A stretch of 63,994 nucleotides of DNA, the filler included, from Folioceros fuciformis (lineage: Eukaryota): NCBI GenBank assembly GCA_049999805.1. It is 4 parts of 3 records of this genome, joined end to end, with 100 filler letters (N's around TTAATTAATTAA, not from the genome) between each part and the next. Parts side by side here need not be neighbours in the genome. Positions count along the whole stretch, not along the records: positions 54,513 to 61,815 come from JBNGIO010006226.1; positions 61,916 to 63,994 come from JBNGIO010006252.1; 2 more parts are not named here. One strand, written 5' to 3'. Made by a program: the position numbers and the translations under genes. Of the stretch, positions 61,501-63,994 are shown in pieces. Positions within the stretch are counted from its first letter, which is position 1. The number at the start of each line of letters is the position of its first letter. The notes beneath the pieces were generated by a model, which worked only from the letters and a program-made list of their open reading frames with translations, did not search any database and was not told where the DNA came from.

Positions 61501-61815
61501 CCTTCTGTGTCGTGGAGTTTCCCTCGACCTGCCGGAAACTCTCCGGCATCTTGGTCGATTCCCGTTCCGGCACTCCCTTCGCAGTGACGCCTTCACCAAA
61601 GTTAGCAACAGCCTTTTTCTTTTTCTTGCGCACCGCCATCATGCCAAATGCCTCATCATCATCAGAGTCAGAGAACAAAATCCTCTGCTCTATTCTGCTG
61701 GCCATGTTGGCCATCTCCTTCTTGAGCTCCTCCACTTGCCCAAGGAGAGCCTTACGACTCGGGCCCTTGCCCTTCTCGTTCTCAGCTGATGCAAGCTTGG
61801 GCTTCAGCTCTGGAT
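58583..61815 (-). CDS. Retroelement polyprotein, C-terminal part: protease, DNMT3-like C5 methyltransferase, integrase C-terminal remnant, PHD finger
   Basis: DTGA (61219), LELCSG, AGWECK, ILENV, AHRLRSYWTN, EREQAMGF and MLGQAFD. FSPYFLLFGR...AQHRDQ...FASGDYVYL. CEECG...LLCDRCNRGYHLFCL...WLCEHC. Confidence 0.92.
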
Positions 61816-61915
61816 NNNNNNNNNNNNNNNNNNNNNNNNNNNNNNNNNNNNNNNNNNNNTTAATTAATTAANNNNNNNNNNNNNNNNNNNNNNNNNNNNN
61901 NNNNNNNNNNNNNNN
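61816..61915. other. Artificial contig-join spacer
   Basis: TTAATTAATTAA at 61860-61871 within Ns. Confidence 0.9.
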
Positions 61916-63430
61916 AAGGTGGTTCCGCTCCTCCCTGGATCCGAGAAGGAAAGGGGAGAGCTCATGGAAGACCTCACTTCCATGGGCTGCGCGGATTTTC
62001 TCCTTAAACCCTGGGGGTTTAAGGAAGAATTAGTCGTTAGGGAGTTGGTCGGAGGCCGCTCCAACATATTCAACGGCTCAATCCGTGCCGACCCAGCGAG
62101 GTGGACGGATAAGCTCTGGAGGGAAGTCTATGGCTTCCGCTCCGGAGGGCTGGGAATGGCCAGCCGCAAGGATGACTGGATCCGCGGAAAGTTCCGCGGA
62201 CCAGTCAATCCGAAAGATGGTTACGCAATTGAGGATTGCGTGACCAACCGGAACCGTAGGTTGCTGGAGTTTTTACTCCCGATCCTACATCCGGAAAAGC
62301 CCACGAGGGTTACCATAACCCTCGCGAATACGATTTTCGGTGCCCAGAAAGGGGACCGGAAGGTAGACTGGGGCCGGATCATGCATGATCTGGTCTCCCA
62401 GTTAGTGGGCAGGGTCGGAAAGAGCAGGGCAACTCCTTTGAGCCCCTACCTCTTCCACCTCTACAAGCACGCAGAACTCCTGACCGGACCAGAGGAAAAG
62501 GTCTGGAAGCATCAGGAGATGCTGCTCAAGTACGGGGAGTCTACGTCTGATGACGAGACTCAACCCGAGTCCGGATCGGAACCGGACTCGGATGAGGATG
62601 ACTGTGCAGTCACCTCCCCGCCACCAAAGAAGCAAAAAGCGAAGTCTCCTCCACAGGACAAGGGCAAAGCAAAAGCCCAGGATCCGGAGACTTCGTCCCG
62701 GCCTATTCCCAAACCCGGAGCTCAGCCAAAGAGTTTCGTCGGTTTCGGGGATCCGATCACGCCATTGCTGGATGCAGTGACAAACCTCCGATTAGACTTG
62801 GAAAGTAAGAACCTAGTCTTAATCGAGGTAGCCAATGTGATCGGAGTGAGGCCGGACCGGAACTTAGCTGCCAAAGTAGCGGAGTGCATCGCGGATCCGA
62901 GTGAAGCTGAACGGCATCAGGCGGAACTCCACGCGCTACGAGGGGAGCTGGAGAAGACCAAGGCCGATCTTCTCCGAGCAAGGGAGGACACTGTCGCGAT
63001 CCGGATGATCGCCCGGGACGTTTCCATGGTAGCCACCCAGGTTAAGGAAACTCTCGGTGCACCGGGAGCGGCAGTGGCCAAGGCCGAATTGTACAATACG
63101 AAGGCCCTGGAGGATCGGAAACTTTCCGGCTCCAGGATGCTGGCGATCCTCTCCGACTACTCGGAGCGAATAGAGGGCGCCATGCAAAAAGGGCGGGAGG
63201 CTGCGGACCGGATCGTCAACAGCATGGAGCGCATAGTGCGGGCAAGGGAGTCCCAAGAGCCTCATCTGTCGGATGTCTCCCTTCCTACCCTTTTCCTGGA
63301 CGAAACCGGAACCGGAGGATTTATGTTCTCCACTCCGGAGTCCAAGAAGGCGGCCGAAGTCCCCGCATCCGGAAGCAGGAGTCCAAAGAAGAAGACTCCA
63401 CCCAGCCGGACAGCGAGGCGGTTAGATTAA
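61916..63430 (+). CDS. 5'-truncated protein of at least 503 aa, probably a retrotransposon accessory ORF (globular domain + acidic/basic linker + coiled coil)
   Basis: Intronless open frame. NPKDGYAIEDC...LHPEKPTRVT...VDWG domain, PPPKKQK NLS-like motif and a coiled-coil C-terminal half. TCCGG/CCGGA-rich flanks. Confidence 0.55.
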   Translation, partial: KVVPLLPGSEKERGELMEDLTSMGCADFLLKPWGFKEELVVRELVGGRSNIFNGSIRADPARWTDKLWREVYGFRSGGLGMASRKDDWIRGKFRGPVNPKDGYAIEDCVTNRNRRLLEFLLPILHPEKPTRVTITLANTIFGAQKGDRKVDWGRIMHDLVSQLVGRVGKSRATPLSPYLFHLYKHAELLTGPEEKVWKHQEMLLKYGESTSDDETQPESGSEPDSDEDDCAVTSPPPKKQKAKSPPQDKGKAKAQDPETSSRPIPKPGAQPKSFVGFGDPITPLLDAVTNLRLDLESKNLVLIEVANVIGVRPDRNLAAKVAECIADPSEAERHQAELHALRGELEKTKADLLRAREDTVAIRMIARDVSMVATQVKETLGAPGAAVAKAELYNTKALEDRKLSGSRMLAILSDYSERIEGAMQKGREAADRIVNSMERIVRARESQEPHLSDVSLPTLFLDETGTGGFMFSTPESKKAAEVPASGSRSPKKKTPPSRTARRLD

Positions 63431-63994
63431 TTCTGTAAATAGTTAGTTAAGTTAGAAAGTTTTAGCCGGATCTGTACAGTTAGAAAGATCCCGGTTTAGA
63501 TAGGATCCGGATTAGTAGCCGGATAAGCTCGGCGGGTGCCGGGAAATCAGCAAGATTTCCCGTGCACTTTCCGTCTTTGTAGCTGTAAATTTTTGAATAT
63601 AAGCTGGCCTCTACGGAGAGCCAGGAGAGTCTTCTTTTGCAAACACTTGAAGTTGTCCGTTTGCCGTCTGAGTTCTGTGTCTCCCCCATGTTTGGCAGAG
63701 TCAAGTACTTAGAGGTTAAGACTAGCATTCCGGTTTGCATTTGATTTCTCCCTTGTGTATTTTGTTCTGTTTTCCGAGTGCATGAGAGCAGGTCCTTGAA
63801 ACGTTAGGAGTGGATTCAGATTCCTCAACAAGTCCTCAGTCCGAAAGCCCGGATAAGAAAGCCGTTGTTAGGACTAGTCGTGTAAGGAGGGATTCCTACA
63901 CGGTGCTAGAACTCCCGGGTGGGAAGTCCGGTCGAGTCTCCGATCTCCAGTGAGGTCTTATCAGTCTTAGAACTAAACGGGTGGATTGAAAGGA

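Larger units (their letters stand above)
54513..61815 (-). mobile_element. Ty3/gypsy-type LTR retroelement carrying a cytosine DNA methyltransferase and a PHD finger; about 1.3 units with a 5655-bp period
   Basis: 54513-56160 is repeated at 60168-61815. Gag, CCHC, DTG protease, C5-MTase, integrase tail and PHD are present, along with a single LTR and a PPT. Confidence 0.9.

Overview
Eukaryotic, gene-dense land-plant genomic DNA with short introns and several head-to-head gene pairs. A seed-free plant such as a hornwort or other bryophyte is my inference, not something the sequence proves. The window holds about 14 host protein genes: DiT1, a Tyr/aromatic amino acid permease, a delta-8 sphingolipid desaturase, TraB, BOP1, cyclin U/P, ATG18, ISU1, aminopeptidase P, FIE, a SAM methyltransferase, an F-box PP2 protein, DUF1279 and PARN. 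It also holds a SPICE1-like centriole gene candidate, one tRNA-Lys(CTT), two pseudogene fragments and decayed LTR-retrotransposon debris. Three N-padded TTAATTAATTAA spacers are artificial contig joins, so adjacency across them is unproven. The main discovery is the contig at 54513-61815, a 5655-bp-period Ty3/gypsy-type LTR retroelement. Its single open polyprotein reads gag, 2x CCHC, protease, DNMT3-like cytosine methyltransferase, integrase C-terminal remnant, PHD finger, with no RT, RNase H or integrase core. It has one shared LTR, a candidate Tf1-like self-priming PBS and a TGATG stop-restart uORF. Two U12-type (minor spliceosome) intron candidates lie in BOP1 and FIE.
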